Below, one piece after another: positions 55,913-64,000 of a stretch of 64,000 nt of DNA (positions are counted from its first letter, which is position 1; each line of letters opens with the position of its first letter). Made by a program: the position numbers and the translations under genes. The notes under the pieces were generated by a model that made no database searches, was not told the origin of the DNA, and saw only the letters and a program-made list of their open reading frames with translations. This DNA is from a virus, in the IMG/VR virus record IMGVR_UViG_3300025425_000009, positions 1 to 64,000 of that record; one strand, written 5' to 3'.

Positions 55913-56362
55913 CTACGTATTTTGGTTAGAGACGAACACCACACACCGTAAGTTGATTTCTGCTACCCTAAAGACACCAGCATCCCTTTCCTCGTATGCC
56001 CATATGGATGGTAGAGGTTCAACTATTATGTCAGTCATTCCAGACACACCATCCAGTGACCCCCTATTGCTGAACATATGCATGACTTCCCAATATGCCT
56101 TACCCATGTTCTTTTCTACGTCTTCTGCAGCGTCAGGATCATTCATCGGTATGTAAAGCATGACCTGAAATACAAAGGTCATCCTATCTACCTTACTTGA
56201 GTTATACAGAGCTTCGTTGGAGGATATGCTTACTACAGCGGATGGGCTACCTTGAAATACAGACGGCTGGTGGAAGAATGCTTCCTGTATTGAGGTCTCG
56301 TCAGCCTCAATCTTGTCAAGTATTGCCTGTCGCAGGTTGTTGAATTGGTTGATGTCGTACAT
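55913..56362 (-). CDS. tail terminator/completion protein
   Basis: synteny and size. Confidence 0.6.
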   Translation of the reverse strand: MYDINQFNNLRQAILDKIEADETSIQEAFFHQPSVFQGSPSAVVSISSNEALYNSSKVDRMTFVFQVMLYIPMNDPDAAEDVEKNMGKAYWEVMHMFSNRGSLDGVSGMTDIIVEPLPSIWAYEERDAGVFRVAEINLRCVVFVSNQNT

Positions 56363-56365
56363 GAT

Positions 56366-56824
56366 CTATAATTTATCAATAATGTTGTCCATTGCCTTTT
56401 TTAACTGGGTGTTAGCGTAGCTTTCACTACCTTCAACTGCATTAGTGAAGAACGGCTGTGCTTTGGTACCAGGGTGGTTGACCCGCTTAGCAAAGATCCA
56501 ACGCCCGTCTTTTTGGAATGCGAGCATCTTCTTTCTACGAGGTACAATCACGTGAGGTCTCGTGCCTTGGTCCACAAACACACCGTAGGAGGAGTTTACC
56601 ATAACCTTAAAACCGTTCCCACCGTGCGGCCTGTATTGAATGCTCTGTCTTAGACTTCCACCTCCTGCATATTTTCCTACCGGTGCAGCCTTGATGGCAT
56701 CTGAAGTTACTTTAATTGCAACCTTCTCTAGTGCGTGCCCATACTCCTTTGCAGCAATCGTAGGAGCCTTACGAAAGATCTTTTCGAGTAGGTCACCGTT
56801 CTCTATATGCAGGCTTACTTCCAT
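56366..56824 (-). CDS. HK97 gp10-like neck/tail component
   Basis: APV...LRQSI...YGVFVDQGT...HPGTKAQPFF. Confidence 0.85.
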   Translation of the reverse strand: MEVSLHIENGDLLEKIFRKAPTIAAKEYGHALEKVAIKVTSDAIKAAPVGKYAGGGSLRQSIQYRPHGGNGFKVMVNSSYGVFVDQGTRPHVIVPRRKKMLAFQKDGRWIFAKRVNHPGTKAQPFFTNAVEGSESYANTQLKKAMDNIIDKL

Positions 56825-57135
56825 GCCCGTATACTTAGTTCCATGTGTGGGTTGCGGCTAAACGTGTATGACTCCACTCCACCGACTCTGTATTCGTCTG
56901 TGCCATCTACTGTGACTCTATCACCTTCCTTAATGTCTGCAACTGGGCAAACCATTAGCCAGCTTTTACCGAATCCGTCTTGTATGTCTTGAATAACTGA
57001 TGCATCAACAGGCTGGACATGACAAGGAAACGATTCAAGTAATGCACCGAACGTTTTCTTGATAGTTGACCCTTCCACAAACCCTTCTCGGGCAGTAGTG
57101 GCTGTCTGGTTGTACATCTTGTTGATTCCACCCAT
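56815..57135 (-). CDS. head closure/head-tail adaptor
   Basis: PCHVQP, DIKEGDRV; synteny. Confidence 0.7.
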   Translation of the reverse strand: MGGINKMYNQTATTAREGFVEGSTIKKTFGALLESFPCHVQPVDASVIQDIQDGFGKSWLMVCPVADIKEGDRVTVDGTDEYRVGGVESYTFSRNPHMELSIRAWK

Positions 57136-57136
57136 G

Positions 57137-57700
57137 TTAACGTAGTCTTCGATAGCTTTTAATAGTTGCCATTGCTCCTACAAAGTCCCTTCGCTTGTCT
57201 TCCGATATAAATGTTACACTGTAACGACCTATGCTTTCACTCCTAACCTCACCGTCTGTAAAGTTAGTTGACGAGTTAACCACTCCAGCTACCAGTATGG
57301 ATACAGCAACCGTTATGTTCGTAGGTAGTGTAACATAGGCCCCTTTGAGGCCGGTGACTGAAATGTTTTGCATGTCCTTTGGAAATGGTACTACTCTTGT
57401 AAGTTTCCAGGTGTATGGCTTGTTAGTTGGGTAGAAAAAGATGTCAGTTAGATATGACGTCTCACCTATCAGCACCTCAGTGATGGTGGCAAAATCATCA
57501 ATCATTAGCGAATCCTGTCCTGACCCATCGTACTTAAGTGTGGTCTCAGCGTCATCTGCAAGTAGCTGACGGTCGGCTAGTCGGTCTACCTCATCTTCTA
57601 CTGATGCAATCCAGATATCAAGCTGGTCATTGAAAGATGCATCGATATCTGTCTGCATGTATGCTTCGACATCTGCTTTTGTTGTGTATCCTCGTGCCAT
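57137..57700 (-). CDS. head-tail connector (gp6/gp15-like)
   Basis: YTTKADVEAY...SESIGRYSVTF. Confidence 0.8.
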   Translation of the reverse strand: MARGYTTKADVEAYMQTDIDASFNDQLDIWIASVEDEVDRLADRQLLADDAETTLKYDGSGQDSLMIDDFATITEVLIGETSYLTDIFFYPTNKPYTWKLTRVVPFPKDMQNISVTGLKGAYVTLPTNITVAVSILVAGVVNSSTNFTDGEVRSESIGRYSVTFISEDKRRDFVGAMATIKSYRRLR

Positions 57701-57712
57701 AGTAAGTTATTG

Positions 57713-58000
57713 TTATTTTACCTTTGCAAGTGCAACTAGGATCTGCCCAGTTACTAGGTTGCTCGCGTCAGGTGCTGCTTCACATGCTTCTTTAGCTAGT
57801 GCTAGGTCAGCCTCGTCAATGTCAACTTCATCCTGTGTAGCAAACTTCTGCCCAAGTGTAAAGCACTTGACTTTGTCATCGTGCCTGAAGTTAGATAGGA
57901 ACGCTGCTACTAGTGAACCCAGTGTGATTACTGTTCCATCTTCTGAACGAACAGGTTGTCCTGAGTAAGTAAGGATTGGTGATGCTGTATTGATTTTCAT
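57713..58000 (-). CDS. hypothetical protein
   Basis: ORF in structural module. Confidence 0.65.
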   Translation of the reverse strand: MKINTASPILTYSGQPVRSEDGTVITLGSLVAAFLSNFRHDDKVKCFTLGQKFATQDEVDIDEADLALAKEACEAAPDASNLVTGQILVALAKVK

Positions 58001-58050
58001 AATAGTGTGTTTGTTATTATTGTCCTTGTTAATGATTCTATTATAACATA

Positions 58051-58377
58051 CTAAGCCCAGACACTTGCCGATGAGAAGTCCACTATGATTTTATACTTCA
58101 CAGTACCTGCAATGTTTGTTGCAATAAGTAAGTCACCGTCGTTGCCTAGTCCTGACCCGTCAGACACCCATAGCACAGAAGCACCTACTGCAGGTTTTGC
58201 AGGGTCACCACTGGTAGATAGGATAGGCAACACTTCTGCTACCCTAAGTAGATCTTCTCTTTTTTGTTTCCGCGTTACCAGCGATGAGTTTACACTGACA
58301 CACACAAACTCGTCTTGACTAGACACGTCTGCGTCAGCGATGTACCCCAACTCTGATATTTTCTTTGATTCCGCCAT
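58051..58377 (-). CDS. putative virion structural protein
   Basis: KKISEL N-terminal motif. Confidence 0.55.
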   Translation of the reverse strand: MAESKKISELGYIADADVSSQDEFVCVSVNSSLVTRKQKREDLLRVAEVLPILSTSGDPAKPAVGASVLWVSDGSGLGNDGDLLIATNIAGTVKYKIIVDFSSASVWA

Positions 58378-58378
58378 A

Positions 58379-58699
58379 TTATAGTGTTATATCACCTCCT
58401 GTTTCTAGTAATAGTGTTTCTCCTGTCTCTACAAGCAGTTCTGGACAATATACAGGCCTCTTAAGCAACGTCACCCTTCTAACAAGTGAAGAAGGTTGTG
58501 CTGTCAGAGGTGTGGTCTGTTTTTCAAGAAAGGATGATTGTGCTGTAACTACTGAGTCTTTTCTGTATAAGTAAGTGTTATCACAGTCAGACGTACCTAT
58601 GTAGTATGACATACCTAGTATGCTAAAACCACTGTTACTAATACGTCTCAGGTTAGTTGTTGCGTATGCAGTTGTTCCGAATGATGCTGCTCCGAACAT
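58379..58699 (-). CDS. putative virion structural protein
   Basis: MFGAASFG..AYA start; LLLETGG end. Confidence 0.55.
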   Translation of the reverse strand: MFGAASFGTTAYATTNLRRISNSGFSILGMSYYIGTSDCDNTYLYRKDSVVTAQSSFLEKQTTPLTAQPSSLVRRVTLLKRPVYCPELLVETGETLLLETGGDITL

Positions 58700-58755
58700 G
58701 TGATAGTTGATTAGTTAATAGCCGCCCTCCTTGTTTGCTGCCTCTTAAGACAGAG

Positions 58756-58956
58756 TTACTTCTTAAACCTCCAGAAGTGGACCATCAGTGTGGAAAAGAA
58801 TCCAATCATGATGGTAAACCCTACAACAGGATCGTCAGTTAGGAACGTGTGGAACCACTCTGATATTGTTGCGCCTTCCCCTAGCGACAGCACAGTGTCC
58901 ACTCCAAAGATCAATGCAATTACACCAAGTATTGTTGTGCCTGTGTATTTTTTCAT
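58756..58956 (-). CDS. small membrane protein
   Basis: two TM helices; TISE motif. Confidence 0.6.
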   Translation of the reverse strand: MKKYTGTTILGVIALIFGVDTVLSLGEGATISEWFHTFLTDDPVVGFTIMIGFFSTLMVHFWRFKK

Positions 58957-58958
58957 AC

Positions 58959-59249
58959 CTATTCCATAAGTGCGTCAAACGCTTCAGCCGTCTCCTTCAC
59001 TGCTGAATTCTTTGCTTGCTTTAGGAAGGCCTCTTTTGCTCGTTGCTTGAACGCTCTTTTTTCTTCTGTTCGGATATGATCTTCTGGAAGAACTGGGTTG
59101 TCAATAAGTTCAATTGTCCCATCTTCTGCACTTACATCTTGCACCTTTGCACTATACCCGTAAGCGTGTGTTGCAAGTATTGTCAATCCTCCTGCGTCAA
59201 TAAATGCCTGCGGTACATCGAAGTCTATGCTCATTTTTACTGTTTCCAT
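58959..59249 (-). CDS. hypothetical protein
   Basis: follows the fiber gene. Confidence 0.6.
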   Translation of the reverse strand: METVKMSIDFDVPQAFIDAGGLTILATHAYGYSAKVQDVSAEDGTIELIDNPVLPEDHIRTEEKRAFKQRAKEAFLKQAKNSAVKETAEAFDALME

Positions 59250-59273
59250 AATTTTATTAGTTAGTTAGTAGGA

Positions 59274-61424
59274 TTATACGAAAGCTATTTCGTGTTCTGA
59301 TCCAGCACCATCTTGAAAGTAGAGTTTATTGTCAGTCTTGGTGTAGATTTTTCCATAGTTAGTGTCAGCGGTTGGTGTGGCTCTTTCTTTTAGGGTAAGA
59401 AGCCCTGATTCAATAGATAGACCATCCATATTCGCTGTGGGAGTAAGTCCGATTCCTACATTTCCATCAGCGTTAATTCTCATTCTTTCTAACCTGTCTG
59501 TTACAAATCCTAGAGTATTAGAACCAATTCCTCCTGGTACGTATAAACCAACCTCAGAGCTACTTGTTTTGTCTAAAGTTAGTGAAGGAGAAACAGCCGT
59601 TCCTGCATTTGTCGTAATTAACCTATCCATTGATACTCCCGAGTTACTCGCACTTAGAACTTCGGTATCATTTGGAGATGCTAAGTGGAATCCTCCTGAG
59701 TTATCCACATACATCTTGTATGTGGAAGCTTCATTGTATCCATCGAGGAATAAAACTGGTCCTGCTCCATAAGTAGAATCTACCCCTATAGAGATTTGAC
59801 CAGTGTAAGAAGCATTAGTTTGTGGATTTGCTGAAAAGGCGTACTTTGGACTGTCCGTCCCAATCCCTACTTTTCCACTATCCAAAACAGTAACTAAGTC
59901 AGAACCTGTAGAGTCGAGAAGAGAGAACACTTCACCAGTGGTTGTTCCATCGCCTTTGATTTGGAGTTTTGCGGATGGGGTGGTTGTGTTGATTCCGACG
60001 TTCCCCGTGTCACCCTCAACAACTAATTTATTTGTATCAATAGTAAAATCATTTCCAGCAGAGCCTCCTATTGAGATGTCTAATCCTGTGGCACTTGTTA
60101 TATCGTTACCATTCACATCCAAGTCACCTCCAAGAAGTAACGCTCCTGTCATTGTTCCTCCTGCTAAATTAAGTTTTGCGTCCAAGAGAGTATCTAACCC
60201 AAGGTTTGATATAGCGGTAGTCGCATTAGATATATCAGAAAGATCATTACTTGCCATCAACGCTCCTGCTGAGGTAACATTTGCGGTATCTGTTACGTCT
60301 GCATTGTCTTCAACTCCAGTGGCCTGTGATGAGCTATCTGCTAGATCCAGAGAAGTGTTTACACTTGCATCCAGTTTTGTTTCGTCTATTGAACCGGCAA
60401 GCATATCGTTAGTAACCTTCCCTGTGCCAATTGTAAGCGCGCCTGACCCTGTAACGTCCCCTGTGTGAGTTGCGTTTGTTACTTTTGCGGTGTTTGCAGC
60501 TACATCACTGTTGTTGCCTACCTCTGTATCAAAGTCTGATACCTGTGAGCTTGCAATGGTGATAGCTCCTTCCTGGTTGGTAACATCAGATTCTGTAACA
60601 GTGTAGCCTGTGATATATCCAGCACCGTTTGTTATTGCGTTGTTGTTAAGAGATATGTTTGCTGTACCATCGAATGCTACTCCTGCAATCTCTCTAGGTG
60701 TGTTTAGCGCTGTAGCAGTGCCTGCATTTCCTGTAATGTTGGTCTGATCACCTGTGTTTGTTCCTGATGTGTTGCCTACAACTACCTTTTCAGCGTTAGT
60801 TACGTAGTTATCATCTGCACCAAGAGCAGGAGCGTAGTCGCTTGCATCAGTAGTAGCTGCAGTGCCTAATCCTAGAACAACTCTAGCAGATGATGCATCT
60901 GCTGCAGCAGCAAGTGACCTACCAGCAGCTGTGATTGTCCCTTTGACAGTATCATCTGAGGCGTTGCCATAGTAATACTGATCTTCAGCTAGTACGGACC
61001 CTCCTGCGGCATCCGAGATGGCTTGAAGGCCATCGTCATGTGCCTGGACAGTAACATTTATGTCATCTGCTACCAAAGCAGTTGTTACAATTGTGTCAAT
61101 CTCGTCGTACGTCTTCTTAGTGAAGGACAGAACAACCTTATATGCCTTGCCTGCAACGTTCTTATCTGACGCAGTGGTGTCTTCTTGGCCACGTGTAACG
61201 GTAAGAGTGTCACCTGATATGGCTGTAACCCTGACAATCTCTTTGTTTGGGTCATCTACTGCGTTCACGTAGTCAGTTGCGTTCCACCATGTAAGGTTAA
61301 ACGCACCATCAGTTGATACATCAGGGAATACGGACGCTTCTCCAGTTACAAGTGTTATCGATGTTGCACCACTTGTGTACACTGTAGATAGAGTCGCTAT
61401 AGCAAAGTTTTTGATTGGGTCCAT
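59274..61424 (-). CDS. fiber-like virion protein
   Basis: EIVRVTA..TLTVTRGQE, LGLGTAAT, repeated GNVGIGT motifs. Confidence 0.75.
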   Translation of the reverse strand: MDPIKNFAIATLSTVYTSGATSITLVTGEASVFPDVSTDGAFNLTWWNATDYVNAVDDPNKEIVRVTAISGDTLTVTRGQEDTTASDKNVAGKAYKVVLSFTKKTYDEIDTIVTTALVADDINVTVQAHDDGLQAISDAAGGSVLAEDQYYYGNASDDTVKGTITAAGRSLAAAADASSARVVLGLGTAATTDASDYAPALGADDNYVTNAEKVVVGNTSGTNTGDQTNITGNAGTATALNTPREIAGVAFDGTANISLNNNAITNGAGYITGYTVTESDVTNQEGAITIASSQVSDFDTEVGNNSDVAANTAKVTNATHTGDVTGSGALTIGTGKVTNDMLAGSIDETKLDASVNTSLDLADSSSQATGVEDNADVTDTANVTSAGALMASNDLSDISNATTAISNLGLDTLLDAKLNLAGGTMTGALLLGGDLDVNGNDITSATGLDISIGGSAGNDFTIDTNKLVVEGDTGNVGINTTTPSAKLQIKGDGTTTGEVFSLLDSTGSDLVTVLDSGKVGIGTDSPKYAFSANPQTNASYTGQISIGVDSTYGAGPVLFLDGYNEASTYKMYVDNSGGFHLASPNDTEVLSASNSGVSMDRLITTNAGTAVSPSLTLDKTSSSEVGLYVPGGIGSNTLGFVTDRLERMRINADGNVGIGLTPTANMDGLSIESGLLTLKERATPTADTNYGKIYTKTDNKLYFQDGAGSEHEIAFV

Positions 61425-61429
61425 ATTGA

Positions 61430-61855
61430 TTATGTGTTGATTAGCGGCAAATTACGGTCCTCTGTGGTTACTAGATTTCCGTCTGGTAGTATGAAGTTGT
61501 AGAGTGGTGTTCCATTCACTGTTTTACCAAAACAGTACACATTAAGTTTTTGTTCTGCAGGTGTACCTACAGACATTGCAATTCTTCGAGTAAAGACAAT
61601 CGGTAGTGCATCCTCCCCCATGTGCATTACATATTGTCGAGTGGGGTCTGCATTACAAGACATAACTAATGTCTTAATAGATGCAGCGTCCACTTCCCGT
61701 ATGCTATGAAACTTAGCCTTGCCTGGCTCATACTCAGTTGGTTCAAACTGATATGTCACAGTGCCATCATGTAGCATTGCAGCCCATGACCAGGTTTCCA
61801 AGGCAACCTCAACTTCTTTGCCGTCCTTAGTAAATATGTATTTTGTTTCTTGCAT
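61430..61855 (-). CDS. hypothetical protein
   Basis: ORF in structural module. Confidence 0.65.
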   Translation of the reverse strand: MQETKYIFTKDGKEVEVALETWSWAAMLHDGTVTYQFEPTEYEPGKAKFHSIREVDAASIKTLVMSCNADPTRQYVMHMGEDALPIVFTRRIAMSVGTPAEQKLNVYCFGKTVNGTPLYNFILPDGNLVTTEDRNLPLINT

Positions 61856-61873
61856 AGTTGGTTAAGTAAACTG

Positions 61874-62377
61874 CTAAGTTAGTTCGTCGTATTGATAGTT
61901 CAACACTGAGACCGACCCAGCGGTGTCATCTTTGTTTGTTTGTAGCTGATGCACAAAATAATCAGATGACCCTGGGCTCATGAATGCTCCTACTAGTGAT
62001 CCTCCTATTCCTAGGTTAGGACCAGCAGGTTCTGTTGAAGCCATTGGCTGTGTTGCCACGGAAGATTTACGATCAGTAGGTTGTGCATAAGATGCTGACC
62101 CTACATAAGATCTTTCACGTGCATTTGACAAATGAACTGCTGACCCTCCTAGTGTTCCTGTTCTCCACACCTTAAGGTTGTCAATCTTAAATACAGCGTG
62201 CATGGATACAACCCTTATCTTTTGCCACTTCTCAAAGGTGTTCGTCCCTGATGTTACTGGATAAGCTACTGGGTCTAACCCAGATGCATCAATGCTTCCC
62301 ATATTTGTGTTAACAATGTTAGTGGTTACCGTTTCACCTGCCCCGTTTGATTCGTCAATTTCTATTGTTGCTGCCAT
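61874..62377 (-). CDS. putative virion structural protein
   Basis: beta-rich; ends YQYDE; follows capsid gene. Confidence 0.6.
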   Translation of the reverse strand: MAATIEIDESNGAGETVTTNIVNTNMGSIDASGLDPVAYPVTSGTNTFEKWQKIRVVSMHAVFKIDNLKVWRTGTLGGSAVHLSNARERSYVGSASYAQPTDRKSSVATQPMASTEPAGPNLGIGGSLVGAFMSPGSSDYFVHQLQTNKDDTAGSVSVLNYQYDELT

Positions 62378-62467
62378 ATTGAAACGATCTGTTACAAATA
62401 ATCAGAGAGATTGTCTTAATCCTCACTCCAACCCTCCTACTAGAGAAGAGCTAGGTCAAGCTTAAAA

Positions 62468-63775
62468 TTAAGCTGCTACAGTTGATAGTACACATACTGC
62501 AGTTGGTAGTGCAAGTACGAATCCAACTCGTTCAACAATTCGAACTGCGACCATGTCTTGCTGTGCAAGGTTGATTGATCCACTGTTCGCAACGTTGTTT
62601 ACAGTTGCCTGGTCAAGTAGTTTCACACGAAGTTGTTGTTTGTCTCCGAAGATAGCTGCTTTTTTCAGGTTACCGAACATGATGAACGGTTTAGAATTAC
62701 CTGTTACCGTAACAAGTGGACATGCATCCGATAGGACGATGTCATATCCCCACATTGTTGGTAGTGTGTTTGGTCCTGTAGGTGGTGCGATGATGAACAT
62801 TCCAGTTCCGTCTCCTTCTCGAAGAGCTCGAATCTTAGAATATACTCCTCGGTGCATGTAGAATTTTGATCCTGCAAGTGCACCTGTTGGTTGTGCGTCT
62901 GTAAGTGACAGAAGGTTTTCTGCAGTTACAGCAGCTGGGTCAGTTCCAGCAATTCGAACGTCGTTGACGTTACCATTGTTGAAGATACCAGTCCACACTG
63001 ATCCGTCTCCATTGAAGAATTGTTCATCTTCTTCCTTAGCTACTGCTTCTGCGAATAGTTCCGCAACAAGTTCAGTAAGGTTAAGATTAGCATCTTCGAT
63101 GATTTCCTCTGTCATTGGCACGATTGCCGCCAGTTTTTTCAGAGTTTGTGTTACCACACCGAACGTTGGAGCAGTTGATTGTTTCTCACCTGCTTCATCG
63201 GTCCATGACACAGCAACTGATGTTGCAAGTGATGGAATTTTTCGTTCGTTCCCTTCTCCTGAGAAAGGTAGGTATCGCATTTCTTGTCGAGCTAGACCGT
63301 ATTGGTCTTCAGCAACTCGTAGGATTTCTGATCGAAGTTCCTCTGGAATAAGGTAACCTCCAGCAGCATTTGAAAGACCTGATACAGCTTTAAGTGCAAC
63401 GTGGTCATTTGAAAATAGTGCCTTCATGAATCCACGTGTTGAATCTTCAGCAGTTTTAGCAACCGGTACGGCTGTATCAATTGCTCGTTGTCGTTGCGCT
63501 TCAACTCCGTCAAGGAATTTGTTTGCAATTTGCTCAGATGCCGCATCAATTCGGTCTTGAATTGCTTTGGTTAGAAGTGCATCCACTCCTTTTTCATCTA
63601 CAGCGTCTTCAGCAGGTACTTCAGCAGGTGCTTCTTCAGCAGCAACGTCAGCAGCTTCGACAGCAGTGTTTTGATCTTCAGAAAGGATGTCCTTGTTTGC
63701 AACAAGTACACTCTTTTCTGCTGCAGTGATAGTTTCACCAGCAGCAATTTTCTTAAGAATGTCAGTAATGTTCAT
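62468..63775 (-). CDS. HK97-fold major capsid protein
   Basis: GGYLIPEE, WTDEA, KKLAAIVPMTEE, FFNGDG, FGNLK, RIVERVG. Confidence 0.95.
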   Translation of the reverse strand: MNITDILKKIAAGETITAAEKSVLVANKDILSEDQNTAVEAADVAAEEAPAEVPAEDAVDEKGVDALLTKAIQDRIDAASEQIANKFLDGVEAQRQRAIDTAVPVAKTAEDSTRGFMKALFSNDHVALKAVSGLSNAAGGYLIPEELRSEILRVAEDQYGLARQEMRYLPFSGEGNERKIPSLATSVAVSWTDEAGEKQSTAPTFGVVTQTLKKLAAIVPMTEEIIEDANLNLTELVAELFAEAVAKEEDEQFFNGDGSVWTGIFNNGNVNDVRIAGTDPAAVTAENLLSLTDAQPTGALAGSKFYMHRGVYSKIRALREGDGTGMFIIAPPTGPNTLPTMWGYDIVLSDACPLVTVTGNSKPFIMFGNLKKAAIFGDKQQLRVKLLDQATVNNVANSGSINLAQQDMVAVRIVERVGFVLALPTAVCVLSTVAA

Positions 63776-63797
63776 AGTAATGTTTGATTAGAATAAA

Positions 63798-64000
63798 TTA
63801 GTTCCGTTTTTCGGCAAGCAATGCTCTGATTGCTTTGTTGATAGCCTTGGCTTTAGAAGGTGATTCCGTAGGAATTGACATGGTTATAGCCGGTGTTTTC
63901 ACCTGAATGAACTTAGCAGCGTCTTCCTTGTAATCCTCGTCCTCCTCTTCCTCGTCCTTGCCCTCTTCATCAGCTCCTGCCAGGATTCCTTCAAGTGTAT
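63798..64000 (-). CDS. C-terminal fragment of upstream head gene, probably prohead protease
   Basis: open frame ending ...AINKAIRALLAEKRN*; position upstream of the capsid gene. Confidence 0.55.
   Translation of the reverse strand, partial: TLEGILAGADEEGKDEEEEDEDYKEDAAKFIQVKTPAITMSIPTESPSKAKAINKAIRALLAEKRN

Noticed and set aside
48591-61424. Diversity-generating retroelement targeting fiber genes
   Set aside because: No reverse transcriptase and no TR/VR repeat pair seen in this window
1-64000. Alternative genetic code (TAG or TGA reassignment)
   Set aside because: Long conserved genes are intact in code 11, all three stops end genes at tight junctions, and no suppressor tRNA was seen

Overview
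This window is a 64-kb segment of a tailed dsDNA phage genome (siphovirus-type) read in the standard genetic code. From 1 to about 44.8 kb on the + strand lie early hypothetical genes; an RNA repair/translation block (nucleotidyltransferase, IF-1, Rnl1-type RNA ligase, Pnkp); replication and recombination genes (SNF2 helicase, primase-helicase, PolB, exonucleases, RuvC-like resolvase, RecA); and a cytosine-hypermodification cluster (T4 gp42-like dCMP hydroxymethylase, dNMP kinase, T4 BGT-like glucosyltransferase, SAM methyltransferase, cytidylyltransferase). An RNA-rich island follows, containing a Ro60/TROVE gene, two Y RNAs with the same Ro-binding stem but different effector domains, three tRNA-like RNAs with long extended acceptor stems, 22 tRNAs covering 19 amino acids, and a class Ic RNR beta subunit followed by a 46-aa CxxC peptide. 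From 44.9 to 64 kb on the - strand lie the lysis, tail and HK97-type head genes. At least ten + strand promoters share a TT(G/A)TTAACA box, a TGTACA -35 and a TATAAT-like -10. The most novel candidates are the Ro60/dual Y RNA/long-stem tRNA-mimic system, the RNR tail-like peptide acting in trans, and the extended hmC glycosylation cluster. All calls come from manual motif and base-pair reading; no database searches were run.
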